In this document: piece after piece, positions 23,884 to 34,362 of the stretch
Position numbering within the stretch: the stretch's first letter is position 1
Layout of the letters: every line of letters begins with the position of its first letter
Program-made: the position numbers and the translations under genes
Notes under the pieces: model-generated
What the model saw: only the letters and a program-made list of their open reading frames with translations
Database searches by the model: none
What the model was told of the DNA's origin: nothing
NCBI GenBank assembly: GCA_937897575.1
Contig: CALCQG010000168.1
Coordinates: 1 to 56,379 of the forward strand
Length of the DNA: 56,379 nucleotides
Direction: 5' to 3'
Source of the DNA: an uncultured Synergistales bacterium
GTDB taxonomy: Bacteria > Synergistota > Synergistia > Synergistales > Aminobacteriaceae

Positions 23884-24036
23884 GCGGTCACCCCCTTCCA
23901 TGTTTATTCATTGTCCCATATTTTTCCGCGCCCCGCAGGGGGGACCGTGAAAACATGACAGTCGGGTCTTGCATCACGTGACGCCAGGTTGTATCATGCT
24001 TCCCTGCGGGCTTTGCCCCATCGAAGGAGAATGACC

Positions 24037-25908
24037 ATGAAACGAGCGGACACCATACGAAATATCGCCATCATCGCCCATATCGACCACGGGAAGACGA
24101 CGCTGATCGACTCCATCTTCCGGGCTGCCCAGGTCTTCAGGCAGAACGCCCGGGTCGAAGAGCGGGTCATGGACAGTAACGAGCTCGAACGGGAGAAGGG
24201 CATCACCATCCGGGCGAAGCACTGCACGGTGCAGTGGCACGGGCACCACATCAACATCGTGGACACGCCGGGGCACGCCGACTTCTCGGGCGAGGTGGAG
24301 CGCATCCTCTCCACCGTCGACTCGGTCCTCCTCCTTGTGGACGCCGGGGAGGGGCCCATGCCCCAGACACGCTACGTCCTCTCCCGGGCTCTGGCCATGG
24401 GGATCGACCCCATCGTGTTCATCAACAAGGTGGACAGAAAGGAGGCCGATGTGATCACGGCGCTGAACGCCACCTTCGACCTCTTTCTCGAGCTGGGCGC
24501 CACGGACAAGCAGGCGGACTTCCCCGTGCTCTACGGATCGGGGCTCGCCGGCTGGGCCGTCAAGGATATGAACGATATCCCCCGTGGGCCGGAGAAGGGC
24601 ATGGACGCCCTGTTCGACACCGTCATATCCTACGTCCCGCCCCCCTTGGCCGACGTGGATGCGCCCTTCCTCATGCAGGTGAGCACCATCACCTGGAACG
24701 AATACACCGGCCGGATCGGGTGCGGAAAGATCCTTCAGGGGAGGATCCGGAAGGGCGAAGAGTTCCTTCGGACGAGCACGCGGTGGGACCAGGAGGACGG
24801 GACGGGGTTCTCCATCGTCGGCTCGGAGCTGACGAAGGCCGTCCAGGTCTCCATGATCCAGGGGCTCGACCATATCGAGGCCGAGGAGGCAACGGCGGGC
24901 AATATCGTCTGGATATCGGGGCCCAAGGAGATCGACATCGGCGACACCTTCTCGTCGCCGGCGTTGGAGGGACACCCCCTTCCCCCTCTGAACATCGAAG
25001 ATCCCACGGTATCCATGTTCTTCCTCGTGAACAACGGCCCCTTCGCCGGGCAGGAGGGGCAGGCCGCCACGCTCCGGCAGCTCAAGGCGCGGCTGCAGAG
25101 GGAGATGCACGCCAACGTGGCGCTCAGGATGGAGGACCTCGGCCGCCCCGATGGCATCAAGGTTTCTGGGCGCGGGGAGCTCCAGCTCGCCATCCTCATC
25201 GAGGAGATGCGACGTGAGGGCATGGAGTTCTGCGTCTCGAAGCCCGAGGTCATCACCACGACGAAGGGCGGCGTGCTCTGCGAACCCATGGAGGAGCTCG
25301 TGGTGGACGTCCCCGATGAGTTCCAGGGCATCGTATTCGAGAAGATCGCCCAGCGAAAGGGACGAGTCCGGGAGATCCAGAACCTCAGGACCGGCCTCAT
25401 CCGGATCCTCTTCGCCATCCCGACGCGGGGGCTCATCGGCTATCGGGGCGAGTTCCTCACGGACACCCGGGGCTTGGGCATCATGACCTCCCGGTTCACG
25501 GGGTACGCCCCCTGGCTCGGAGAGATATCGTCGAGGAACAGGGGTTCCCTGGTCAGCATGGACACGGGCGAGGCGACGAGCTACCAGCTCGAGAACCTCC
25601 AGCAGAGGGGCGTTCTGTTCATATCGCCCATGGACATGGTCTATGCCGGCATGATCGTGGGCGAGAACTCGAGGGGAAAGGACATGCCCTGCAACCCGAC
25701 GAAGCGGAAGCACGCTACGAACATTCGCTCCTCCACGAAGGAGTTCACCACGAAGCTCGACGTCCCGAGGAGAATGACCCTGGAGAAGGCCCTCGAGTGG
25801 ATCGCCGAGGACGAACTGGTGGAGGTCACGCCCAAGTCCATCCGTCTGCGGAAATCCATACTCGACGAGCTTGAACGGCGCAAGGCGGCGAAGCGGCTCC
25901 CCTCGTGA
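24037..25908 (+). CDS. typA: Translational GTPase TypA/BipA
   Basis: [28 protein letters not shown] and [11 protein letters not shown] motifs. Confidence 0.95.
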   Translation: MKRADTIRNIAIIAHIDHGKTTLIDSIFRAAQVFRQNARVEERVMDSNELEREKGITIRAKHCTVQWHGHHINIVDTPGHADFSGEVERILSTVDSVLLLVDAGEGPMPQTRYVLSRALAMGIDPIVFINKVDRKEADVITALNATFDLFLELGATDKQADFPVLYGSGLAGWAVKDMNDIPRGPEKGMDALFDTVISYVPPPLADVDAPFLMQVSTITWNEYTGRIGCGKILQGRIRKGEEFLRTSTRWDQEDGTGFSIVGSELTKAVQVSMIQGLDHIEAEEATAGNIVWISGPKEIDIGDTFSSPALEGHPLPPLNIEDPTVSMFFLVNNGPFAGQEGQAATLRQLKARLQREMHANVALRMEDLGRPDGIKVSGRGELQLAILIEEMRREGMEFCVSKPEVITTTKGGVLCEPMEELVVDVPDEFQGIVFEKIAQRKGRVREIQNLRTGLIRILFAIPTRGLIGYRGEFLTDTRGLGIMTSRFTGYAPWLGEISSRNRGSLVSMDTGEATSYQLENLQQRGVLFISPMDMVYAGMIVGENSRGKDMPCNPTKRKHATNIRSSTKEFTTKLDVPRRMTLEKALEWIAEDELVEVTPKSIRLRKSILDELERRKAAKRLPS

Positions 25909-26074
25909 CGGAACGGCATCGGTCCTTCGTCACGCATCGGCGGTACGCGGGACACTCTCTGCATCGCCCTATGGTTCTGCGCGCCGAACCAACCGCGCCG
26001 CGCGGTCGGAAAAGGGTGCGCCGCGCGCCGGTTTTTTCATTCCGTCCGGTGTAGAATAGGACGAACCGCTTCGT

Positions 26075-27280
26075 GTGATCTTCGGGAAAGGGGGGAATGT
26101 TTTGGTCGTCGTGCTCCTGCTCGGATGGGGTATTCTCTATGCGAACCGGACGGCGTTCTACCCTCTGCTCCCCGTCATCTCCCAGTCCCTCGGCATCTCA
26201 TCGGCCCGGACCGGCGGACTGATGAGCGCCTATTTTTTCTTCTACGTCCTGATGCAGATACCGAGCGGCATGGCGGCGGACCGATGGGGGACAAGACGGG
26301 TGCTCGTGACCATGTACGCCGTCGCGGCGGCGGGCATGCTCGGCATCGGGCTCTTTGGGGGGACCTATCCGCTGCTCCTCCTCTTCTCCGCGATTCACGG
26401 GTTCGGCGCCGGCGCGTACTACCCCTGCAGCTACGGGACGCTCCTCAACGCGGTGCCTCCGGAGAAAAGAGGCAGCAGCTCCGGGTACATCGGCATGGGG
26501 ATGGCCCTCGGCATTCTGGGCGGCATGACGGCAAGCGGCCCCCTCTACGCCGCCTTCGGCAACTATCGGGTGCCCTTCCTCATTCTGGCGATCCCCGCCT
26601 TTCTGATGCTCCCCCTCTTCCGGCGGTACATTCCACAGGTGCGGCAGCCCGCCCCTCCCTCCCTCGCCGCGTACGCCGCCCTCTTCCGGGACCGGGACAT
26701 CTGGACGATCAACCTGGCGACCTTCTGCTCGCTCTACGGCTTCTGGGTGGCGGCCACGTGGGGCCCCACATTCCTCCAGGTGGAACGCGGCTTCTCTCTG
26801 TCCACATCGGGAGCATATACGGGGCTGATCGCCCTCACGGCGCTCCCTGGCGGCGTTCTGTGGGGGAAACTGTCGGACCGGGTCGGCCGCAAAAAAATCG
26901 CCCTGCTCGTGCTCCCTTGCGGCGCAGCGGCGCTCTTTCTGCTCACGAGGGTGCAGTCCGCCGCAGGGATTGTCGCCACATTCCTGCTCTTCGGCGCCTT
27001 CAGCAACACGGCTCTATCGCCCGTCGCCGTCTCGTGGATCGGGGACATCGTGGCCAAAAGGTACCCCGGCTCCATGAACGCAGCCGTGGGGCTCTTCAAC
27101 GGCGTCATCATGTCCTCGGCGGTCATCGCCCCCATTCTCTCGGGCATGCTGCGCGACGCGACGGACTCGCTCATCCCGGCCATCCTCGGGGCATGTCTTC
27201 TCATGGCGTCCGGGACGTTGCTCCTCCTCCGGACGCCCGACGGGCGGTCCGTATCCCACGGACGGCGGCAGGACCAATAA
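26075..27280 (+). CDS. MFS transporter
   Basis: About 12 hydrophobic segments; ADRWGTRR and SDRVGRKK motif A copies. Confidence 0.88.
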   Translation: MIFGKGGNVLVVVLLLGWGILYANRTAFYPLLPVISQSLGISSARTGGLMSAYFFFYVLMQIPSGMAADRWGTRRVLVTMYAVAAAGMLGIGLFGGTYPLLLLFSAIHGFGAGAYYPCSYGTLLNAVPPEKRGSSSGYIGMGMALGILGGMTASGPLYAAFGNYRVPFLILAIPAFLMLPLFRRYIPQVRQPAPPSLAAYAALFRDRDIWTINLATFCSLYGFWVAATWGPTFLQVERGFSLSTSGAYTGLIALTALPGGVLWGKLSDRVGRKKIALLVLPCGAAALFLLTRVQSAAGIVATFLLFGAFSNTALSPVAVSWIGDIVAKRYPGSMNAAVGLFNGVIMSSAVIAPILSGMLRDATDSLIPAILGACLLMASGTLLLLRTPDGRSVSHGRRQDQ

Positions 27281-27293
27281 GGAGGTACACACC

Positions 27294-28339
27294 ATGGCAA
27301 CGTTGACCATCTTTGGAGCGGGAAGCTGGGGGACGGCCATCGCCCACACGGCGGCCGGCGCAGGGCACGACGTGGCCCTCTGGTGCAGGCGGGACGCTCT
27401 TGCCCGACAGATCAACAACACAGGGAGAAACACGGACTACCTGCCCGACATGACGATCCCCCCCGAGTCCAGGCGACGTCGGACGTGGCCGAGGCTGCCC
27501 GGTTCAGCCCATTCTGGGTTCTCGCCCTGCCCACTCAGATGATCCGGGCCTTCCTCCCGGCTGCTGCCCCCTTCGTCACGGAGAGGACAACGCTCTGCAA
27601 CGTCGCCAAGGGGATCGAAATCGCCACGACCAAGCGGATCAGCGAGATAGCGTCGGAGCTACTTCCCTCGATCCGCTACTCCGTCCTCTCGGGCCCGAGC
27701 TTCGCCGAGGAGGTGGTCCGCGGTCTTCCCACCGTCGTCTCCGTGGCCTCCGAGGACAACCAATCGGCGGCGCTCTGGCAGAGGCTTCTGAGCACACCGC
27801 GGTTCCGGATCTACACGTCCGCCGACGTCACCGGGACGGAGATCGGTGGGGCCGTCAAGAACATCATGGCCATCGCATCGGGCATGGGTGCCGCACTCGG
27901 CCTCGGTGACAACGGCCGGGCCGGCCTCGTCAGCCGCGGACTCGCCGAGATCATGCGTCTGGGAGAGCCTCTCGGAGCCCATCCGCTGACCTTCGCAGGG
28001 CTCGCCGGGATGGGGGATCTCGTCCTGACCTGCTACAGCACGAAATCCCGGAACTACCGGCTCGGGTTCGCCATGGGCGAGGGACGGTCCCTCAGCGAAG
28101 CCGAGGAGGCCGTGGGGCAGGTGTCCGAAGGGGCGTACACCGTTCGGGCGGTGGTTCGCCTCGCCCAGAAGCTTGGTGTCGAGCTGCCCATCGCCCAGGC
28201 CATCCACCGCCTTCTGTACGAGAACTCCTCACCGGAGGAGGAGCTCGAGCGGCTCATGGGGCGCGGGCTCAAGGCCGAGTACCCGCCGTCCATCCTGTGG
28301 GGAAACCAACGTTGCCCGGAAGGCGAAAGTAAGCTATAA
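27294..28339 (+). CDS. gpsA: NAD(P)H-dependent glycerol-3-phosphate dehydrogenase, frameshifted at a C7 run (27458-27464)
   Basis: The N-terminal GAGSWGTA lies in ORF 27294..27542; AKGIE, SGPSFA, GGAVKN, GMGDLVLTC and SRN lie in ORF 27383..28339. One extra C joins the frames. Confidence 0.92.
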
Positions 28340-28390
28340 TCCGGACCAGTGACAATTTGTCCAGAATACCCTTTCGAGGAGGAATGACCT

Positions 28391-28561
28391 ATGGCAAAGG
28401 CAGTAGTGGATAAGGAGGCATGCGTCGGCTGCGAGACCTGCGTCGGGACCTGCCCCGTGGAGGCCATCTCCATGGTGGACGGCAAGGCCGTGGTTGCAGA
28501 AGACTGCATCGAGTGTGGCAGCTGCGTGTCCGTCTGCCCGGTGAACGCGATCAGCCAGTAA
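28391..28561 (+). CDS. Clostridial-type 2[4Fe-4S] ferredoxin, 56 aa (absent from the ORF track)
   Basis: GAGGAGG SD; MAKAVVDKEACVGCETCVGTCPVEAISMVDGKAVVAEDCIECGSCVSVCPVNAISQ has two CxxCxxCxxxCP motifs. Confidence 0.95.
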   Translation: MAKAVVDKEACVGCETCVGTCPVEAISMVDGKAVVAEDCIECGSCVSVCPVNAISQ

Positions 28562-28580
28562 GCTCTGTATCGCACGAACG

Positions 28581-28619
28581 ACCGGCTCCCTCCCGCTTCG
28601 GGAAGGAGCCGGTTTTTTT
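28581..28619 (+). terminator. Intrinsic terminator after the ferredoxin gene
   Basis: ACCGGCTCC...GGAGCCGGT stem followed by a T run. Confidence 0.85.
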
Positions 28620-28663
28620 ATCGCCGCCACGGGGCGGACGGGTGGTCCATCCTACTCCATTGC

Positions 28664-29410
28664 CTACTTCATCGCGCGGATGCGGACGTCTATCCCGCTG
28701 TCCGCCAGTCTCGCGACGAGCTCCTTCGTATCGGTGTCGCCGTAGTGGTAGGGGTAGAGGATCTTCGGCCTGAAAGCCAGCGCCCCGTCGGCCACCATCT
28801 CGGGCGTCATGGTGTAGGGCAGGTTCATCGGCAGGAAGGCGACGTCGATGTCCTGCATAGCGCTCATCTCCTGGCTGTTCTCCGTATCGCCGGCGATATA
28901 GAACCGCATGCCGCCGTAGGTCAGGATGTAGCCGTTGTGGGCCCCTTTGGGGTGGAAGGGCTGTCCGTTTTCCCTCTTGTGAACCACATTATAGGCAGGG
29001 ACGGCCTCCACGGCGATCCCTGCGACGGTCCCCCGCTCGCCGTTCTTCATGACCCGGCCCTTTCCGAGGACCTCGGCACTGGCGGCGTTGAGCACCAGAT
29101 CCGTCTCGGGCGTCATGATGAGGGCGAGGGCCGAGGTGTCGAGGTGATCCCCGTGTTCGTGGGTTATCAGAACACCGTCGGCCTTGGGCAGGGCGCCGTA
29201 GTCCGCCACCTTGCCATAGGGGTCCACGTGGATCACCGTGCCGCCGAAGGAGAAGAGCAGCGTCCCGTGTCCCAGAAAGGTGACCGTCACCTCCCCCGCG
29301 GGCGTGACGAAGCGGTCCACCTCGAAGGAGGCCGCGAAACAGGCGCCGCGGGGTACTGCAAGCAAACCCAGAATCAACGTACACCATAACAATGCCTTCA
29401 TTCGTACCAC
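28664..29410 (-). CDS. Exported MBL-fold metallo-hydrolase
   Basis: Signal peptide; LGHG, THEHGDH, AGDT and YPYHY motifs. Confidence 0.85.
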   Translation of the reverse strand: MVRMKALLWCTLILGLLAVPRGACFAASFEVDRFVTPAGEVTVTFLGHGTLLFSFGGTVIHVDPYGKVADYGALPKADGVLITHEHGDHLDTSALALIMTPETDLVLNAASAEVLGKGRVMKNGERGTVAGIAVEAVPAYNVVHKRENGQPFHPKGAHNGYILTYGGMRFYIAGDTENSQEMSAMQDIDVAFLPMNLPYTMTPEMVADGALAFRPKILYPYHYGDTDTKELVARLADSGIDVRIRAMK

Positions 29411-29435
29411 ACTCCCCTCTCTGCTCTTGAAGCCG

Positions 29436-29696
29436 CTATGTTATTCGCGCAAGCAGCGCGAACTCCGCGATGGCGATGACGGGCAACCCATAGGCGAAAA
29501 GAACGTGCTTCGTCTTGTGCCGGAACTGCTTCATCCCGAGCCATGCCCCGACCCCTCCCCCCAAGAGGGCAAGGCCGAGGAGCGTTTTTTCAGGAATGCG
29601 GCGCCCTCCGCTTCGGGCCAAGTGCTTGTCCCACCCCATGGCACCGAAAGCGGCGCAGTTCATGACGAAAAAATAGGCAAGAAGGCTTGAGTTCAT
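29436..29696 (-). CDS. DUF1294 membrane protein
   Basis: MGWDKHLA...RIPEKTL...GG..GA...FRHKTK. Confidence 0.85.
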   Translation of the reverse strand: MNSSLLAYFFVMNCAAFGAMGWDKHLARSGGRRIPEKTLLGLALLGGGVGAWLGMKQFRHKTKHVLFAYGLPVIAIAEFALLARIT

Positions 29697-29777
29697 GGGC
29701 GACGTCCTCCATCGGGAAAATGCATCTCTTCCCCCGGATTATACAACGAACCGAGGTGCGCTGGACGGCGCCCTCTC

Positions 29778-29806
29778 TTGACAGCGCTGAACCCAGTGTT
29801 TATTCT
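29778..29806 (+). promoter_or_regulatory. Putative sigma70 promoter of the esterase/ATP-grasp pair
   Basis: TTGACA-17 nt-TATTCT. Confidence 0.6.
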
Positions 29807-29845
29807 GAACCGAACTGCCGGGACCGCGACCGAGGAGAGTCAGCC

Positions 29846-30583
29846 ATGCACAGAGAACACAGAAGCTGGTACAGCCCGGCCCTTGGGCGCCCCATGAATC
29901 TCATGACCTATGGAACGTCGGGGAAGGCGATGATCGTCTTTCCGACCTCCGGGGGACGGTTCTACGAGTACGAGGACTTCGGCATGGTGGAGGCCGTCGC
30001 CCCTTTCATCGAGAAGGGCGCACTGTGTCTGTGCACCGTGGACAGCCTGGACAACGAAACCTGGCTGGCCCGGGGCAAGGGCGCGGCGGAGAAGGTCTCC
30101 CTGCATGAACGCTATGAACGATATGTCCTCGACGAGGTTCTCCCCTATGTGCGCGGCGTTCTCTCCAATAACGACCGCGTCGCCCTCACGGGGTGCAGCC
30201 TGGGAGCCTATCACGCCGTCAACTTTTTCTTCCGGCACCCCGACCGGTTCGACCTCGTCGTCGCGCTGAGCGGGGTCTACGATCTTCAGTTCAGCGTCGG
30301 TGGAGCTCTCGACGGAGGGAGCTACTTCCACTCCCCCGTGCACTACATGGCCCATCTGACGGACCCACGGTACCTCGATCGGATCCGCGAGGGCCGGTTG
30401 GTGCTGTGCTGCGGTCAGGGAGCCTGGGAGGACGAATCACTGCGGGATATGCGGACCCTCGAGGGAATCGCGTCGAACAAGGGAATCCCCGCATGGTTCG
30501 ACTACTGGGGGTACGATGTGAACCACGATTGGCCCTGGTGGCGACGCCAGATGCCCTACTTTCTCGGGAAACTCGGGTTCTGA
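29846..30583 (+). CDS. Alpha/beta-hydrolase esterase family protein
   Basis: GCSLG nucleophile elbow; GQGAWE and HDWPWW motifs. Confidence 0.85.
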   Translation: MHREHRSWYSPALGRPMNLMTYGTSGKAMIVFPTSGGRFYEYEDFGMVEAVAPFIEKGALCLCTVDSLDNETWLARGKGAAEKVSLHERYERYVLDEVLPYVRGVLSNNDRVALTGCSLGAYHAVNFFFRHPDRFDLVVALSGVYDLQFSVGGALDGGSYFHSPVHYMAHLTDPRYLDRIREGRLVLCCGQGAWEDESLRDMRTLEGIASNKGIPAWFDYWGYDVNHDWPWWRRQMPYFLGKLGF

Positions 30584-30615
30584 TCGCCTACCGACCGAAA
30601 GGAGCAAAAGGCACG

Positions 30616-31782
30616 ATGAACGTTGTCATGGTCTCCCCGCACTTTCCCTCCAACTTCGCCCTCTTCTCCATCCGCCTCCGTGCCTGCGGCGTCAACGTGC
30701 TTGGCATAGGCGACCCGAACAGGGAGCTCCTCCCTCCGGGCCTCGGCGACGCCCTGACGGACTACTACCGCGTGGACGATCTCGTCCGCTTCGACCAGAT
30801 GATGTCCGCGTGCTCCTATTTTCGGGAGAAGTACGGCCCATTGGACCGCCTGGAGTCACACAACGAGTTTTGGCTCGAGAGCGATGCCAGGCTCAGGGAG
30901 GCCTTCGCGATCCCGGGACTGAAGACGGCCGACCTCGCCGCGGCGCAGCCCAAGTCGAAGATGAAGGAGATCTTCCTCCGCGAAGGGATCCCCGTGGCCA
31001 AGGGGCGGCTCGTCGCCACCCTAGAGGAGGCGAGGGCCTTCGCCCGTGAGACGGGGTATCCGGCCATACTGAAGCCCGACCGGGGCGTCGGGGCGAATGA
31101 CGCGCGGAAGATCTCCAGCAAACGGGACCTGGAGGACTTTTTCTCCCGTCCAAAGACAACGGCTATGTTCATGGAGGAGTTCGTGCACGGCGCCCTCGTG
31201 ACCTTCGACGGGTTGACGGACAGGAAGGGGAACATCGTCTTCGCCTCCTCCATGGGCTACTCCGACGGCATGATGGAGATGAGCGGGCAACGCCTCGACA
31301 TCTTCCTCCACACCGTCCGGAAGCTGGAGCCCGACCTCGAGGACGCCGGCCGCAGAATCGTCGCCGCCTTCGGACTGAAGGAGCGGTTCTTTCACGTGGA
31401 GTTCTTCAGGGCATGGGACGATAAACGCCTCGTAGCGCTCGAGATCAACATCCGCCCTCCCGGCGGCATGCTCCTCGACCTGTACAACTTCTCCGCGGAC
31501 GTCGATCTCTACGCTGAATGGGCGCGGATCACCGCCTGGCCGGACTACACTCCGCCGCCCTTCGAACGGAAATACCACGGCGCCTTCTTCGGCCGACGGA
31601 AGAACCGGAACTACGCTCACAGCCATGAGCAGGTGGTGGCCGCATTTCCGGCTAAACTCATGCATCAGTCCGCCATCCCCGAGGCCTTCAGCGCGCCCAT
31701 GGGCGATATGTGCTACATCTTCCGGGCGCCCTCCCTTCAGGAGATCGAGGAGATCGCGCGGTACGTGCTCGAGAGGGCGTAG
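30616..31782 (+). CDS. ATP-grasp carboxylate-amine ligase family protein
   Basis: SPHFP, ESHNEFW, KSKMK, KPDRGVGA, FFHVEFF and EINIRPPG motifs. Confidence 0.85.
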   Translation: MNVVMVSPHFPSNFALFSIRLRACGVNVLGIGDPNRELLPPGLGDALTDYYRVDDLVRFDQMMSACSYFREKYGPLDRLESHNEFWLESDARLREAFAIPGLKTADLAAAQPKSKMKEIFLREGIPVAKGRLVATLEEARAFARETGYPAILKPDRGVGANDARKISSKRDLEDFFSRPKTTAMFMEEFVHGALVTFDGLTDRKGNIVFASSMGYSDGMMEMSGQRLDIFLHTVRKLEPDLEDAGRRIVAAFGLKERFFHVEFFRAWDDKRLVALEINIRPPGGMLLDLYNFSADVDLYAEWARITAWPDYTPPPFERKYHGAFFGRRKNRNYAHSHEQVVAAFPAKLMHQSAIPEAFSAPMGDMCYIFRAPSLQEIEEIARYVLERA

Positions 31783-31870
31783 TTTTTTCCTGGTAACACG
31801 TTCGACCAACCTGCACAAGAAAAGAACTCATGCTTTCACCCTGCAACCTCGAAAAGGACAGGAACAAAAG

Positions 31871-31935
31871 GGACCGCCTTCGAACAGCATCGCCGAAGGC
31901 GGTTCAAGGCGGTTCAAGGCGGTTCAGGGTGGTTC
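31871..31935. repeat. Hairpin whose right arm is tandemly repeated (10-bp unit AAGGCGGTTC x3 plus one degenerate copy)
   Basis: GGACCGCCTTCG (31871-82) pairs with CGAAGGCGGTTC; repeat units span 31896-31935, between convergent genes. Confidence 0.85.
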
Positions 31936-31948
31936 AAAGAGCGACGCT

Positions 31949-33469
31949 CTATACTCTTTGACGAATCACATCGATAATGGACCCATCCCGGTATTCCACT
32001 ATGCCGATGATTCTTTCTCCGAAGGGAGGCATGGAGGGCACGCCTGTCATATTCTCCGCCATCTTCTTCAGGTCATGAATATCCATGAGAGGAAGCCCCT
32101 TCCCCCTCAAATTATCGAGAAGATCCTTTCTCCCCGGATTCACTGCGATTCCTCGTTCGGTAACCACCACATCCACCGTATTTCCCGGAGTTGTCCGCGT
32201 TATCACCTGATCGACCACCATGGGCATTCGTCCTCGGAAAAGTGGAGTGACGATGACCGTGATCTTTGCTCCGGCTGCGGTATCCATATGTCCGCCTATA
32301 CCGTGCAGAAGAACGCCGTCCGATTCAGTGTTCACATTTACATTGAAATCCGTGTCCACTTGGGTAGCGCCGAGAACTGCCACGTCGAGCATATCGACAA
32401 CACACCCCTTAGCGGCAGTGTTTGCATAAAACGACGCACTCATCTCCACATGATTGGGGTTGCACGCAAGGGAGGCCACAGCCTCGAGGTCAAAGGACTG
32501 GACATCGAGCAGTGTCCGGAAAAGTCCCTCTTTGAGCATATCCACACTCTGCCCCGTAATGCCTCCCGATATGAAACTCCCCCTGACTCCTCTTTTTTTC
32601 ATGCTCTCTCTGATGCATGCGGAAGCAGCGAGGGAAATCCCCCCGGCTCCAGCTTGCATGGAAAATCCGTCAATAAGAAGACCGCTTTCTTCCACAACTC
32701 GAGCAACCTGTTCCGCAATAAGAAGCCTCATGGGATCCTGCGTTATTTTGAGCGTCCCGGAGACGATTTTCTCCGGGACACCGATCTTCTCCACCGGAAC
32801 AACCCAATCCACTTCCGTTTGGAGCAGGGAGAACGGAGTTACGGGATAGGGAAGCAAATTATCTGTGATGGCTATGACAGTATCGGCGTACTGTGCATCC
32901 GTAAAAGCGTACCCAAGGGATCCACAGGCAGAAGGGCCGATGACTCCCGAAACGTTCCCCATCTGGTCAGCCGATGGTGCAGCGAGTATTGCGATGTCAA
33001 CGTGGAGATCGCCTGTCTGAATGGCCCGGACTCTGCCTCCATGTGACCTGAGCACAACGGGGGCTACAAACTCGCCATGAGAAGCGGCCTGTCCAACAGG
33101 CCCGTTCACGCTGCCCTGAATCGTCCGTATAACACCGTTTTTCACGTGTCTCAACAGTGCCTCGTGAACCGGGAAAAGAGCCGATGGAGCAAGCGTGATA
33201 TCCCTGATGCCCATCTCGGCAACGATATCCAGCACCATATTCACCACGAGGTCTCCATTCCGGAGGTGATGATGGAAGGAGAGGGTCATTCCGTCCCGTA
33301 TTCCCGCTCTATGGAGCGCTTCGCGTACCGTTGAGACGATTTTCCCACATCGTTTGGGAGTACGAGGCATCTCGGCCAAGGACGAGGTAGCTCCGGCTTG
33401 AAAGGAACGGACATTCTTTATCCCAGGGAGCGTGTCCGGTATTACACGGACATTTTTGTCCAATGTCAT
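31949..33469 (-). CDS. citF: Citrate-lyase-type alpha subunit (acyl-ACP transferase)
   Basis: SFHHHLRNGD, RSHGGR, CGSLGY, QAGAGG, GGHMDTA and EYRDG motifs. Confidence 0.92.
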   Translation of the reverse strand: MTLDKNVRVIPDTLPGIKNVRSFQAGATSSLAEMPRTPKRCGKIVSTVREALHRAGIRDGMTLSFHHHLRNGDLVVNMVLDIVAEMGIRDITLAPSALFPVHEALLRHVKNGVIRTIQGSVNGPVGQAASHGEFVAPVVLRSHGGRVRAIQTGDLHVDIAILAAPSADQMGNVSGVIGPSACGSLGYAFTDAQYADTVIAITDNLLPYPVTPFSLLQTEVDWVVPVEKIGVPEKIVSGTLKITQDPMRLLIAEQVARVVEESGLLIDGFSMQAGAGGISLAASACIRESMKKRGVRGSFISGGITGQSVDMLKEGLFRTLLDVQSFDLEAVASLACNPNHVEMSASFYANTAAKGCVVDMLDVAVLGATQVDTDFNVNVNTESDGVLLHGIGGHMDTAAGAKITVIVTPLFRGRMPMVVDQVITRTTPGNTVDVVVTERGIAVNPGRKDLLDNLRGKGLPLMDIHDLKKMAENMTGVPSMPPFGERIIGIVEYRDGSIIDVIRQRV

Positions 33470-34362
33470 GAGAGCACCCCCTCATCGCGATATCCTGCCG
33501 CCTCGGCAAGTGCAATGATTTTTCGAGCTTTAGTCACGACCGGGGCATCGATCATTTTCCCGTTCAGGGCTATGACGCCCGATTTTTTCTGTTTTGCCTC
33601 CTCTATGGCATGTACGACACGGCGAGCAAAGGATATTTCCTTTTGAGACGGCGTAAACGCCCTGTGTACTACGGGTATCTGTCGGGGGTGTATCACCGAT
33701 TTTCCGTCGAATCCGAGGCGGCGGGCAGCATAGGCCTCGTCGAAGAGCCCGTCACTATCGTTTACATCCGCAAAAACGCTGTCCAATGCATGGACACCGG
33801 CTATTCTGGCGGCTACGACAATTTTCGCGCGAATATCGTCTAATTCCCGACCCTCTTTTGTTCGGACAGCTCCGATGTCTGCGGTGTAGTCCTCGGCGCC
33901 ATAATTCACACCGGTAATCCTCCGGCTCGATCGCACAATATCCAAGAGGTTGATACCCCCTAACGCAGATTCGATCATCGGGATGATCTTGACGGAACCG
34001 ATCTCTATACCATTTTTTCGTTCGATCTCCGTTATGAGCTGATCGGCCTGTACCACATCTTCTGGGGCCTCACACTTGGGGAGACGGACGGCATCAGGTT
34101 TCATGGGGATGATCTCCATGAAATCCTCCTGTCCGAAGTGTGTGGATAGTGCGTTGACCCGAACGGTCACTTCCGTAGTGCCGTACCTAATGGAGCGGAG
34201 TGCATTTCGGACGAGTATCCGGGCCGAATCTTTCTCTGTGACAGTAATGGCATCCTCGAGGTCCAGGATGATACAGTCGGCACCATATACGGATGCATTT
34301 TGCAGCATACTCGGATTATTGCCCGGAATATAGAGAGAGGTCCGGCGTAACCCCGTCTTCAT
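33466..34362 (-). CDS. citE: Citrate-lyase-type beta subunit (citryl-ACP lyase)
   Basis: RRTSLYIPGNNP, DLEDA, VRVN, GAEDY, GFDGKSVIHPRQ and GKMID motifs. Confidence 0.92.
   Translation of the reverse strand: MKTGLRRTSLYIPGNNPSMLQNASVYGADCIILDLEDAITVTEKDSARILVRNALRSIRYGTTEVTVRVNALSTHFGQEDFMEIIPMKPDAVRLPKCEAPEDVVQADQLITEIERKNGIEIGSVKIIPMIESALGGINLLDIVRSSRRITGVNYGAEDYTADIGAVRTKEGRELDDIRAKIVVAARIAGVHALDSVFADVNDSDGLFDEAYAARRLGFDGKSVIHPRQIPVVHRAFTPSQKEISFARRVVHAIEEAKQKKSGVIALNGKMIDAPVVTKARKIIALAEAAGYRDEGVLS

Noticed and set aside
31896..31935. CRISPR array
   Set aside because: The 10-bp units are contiguous with no spacers, and there are no cas genes in the window.
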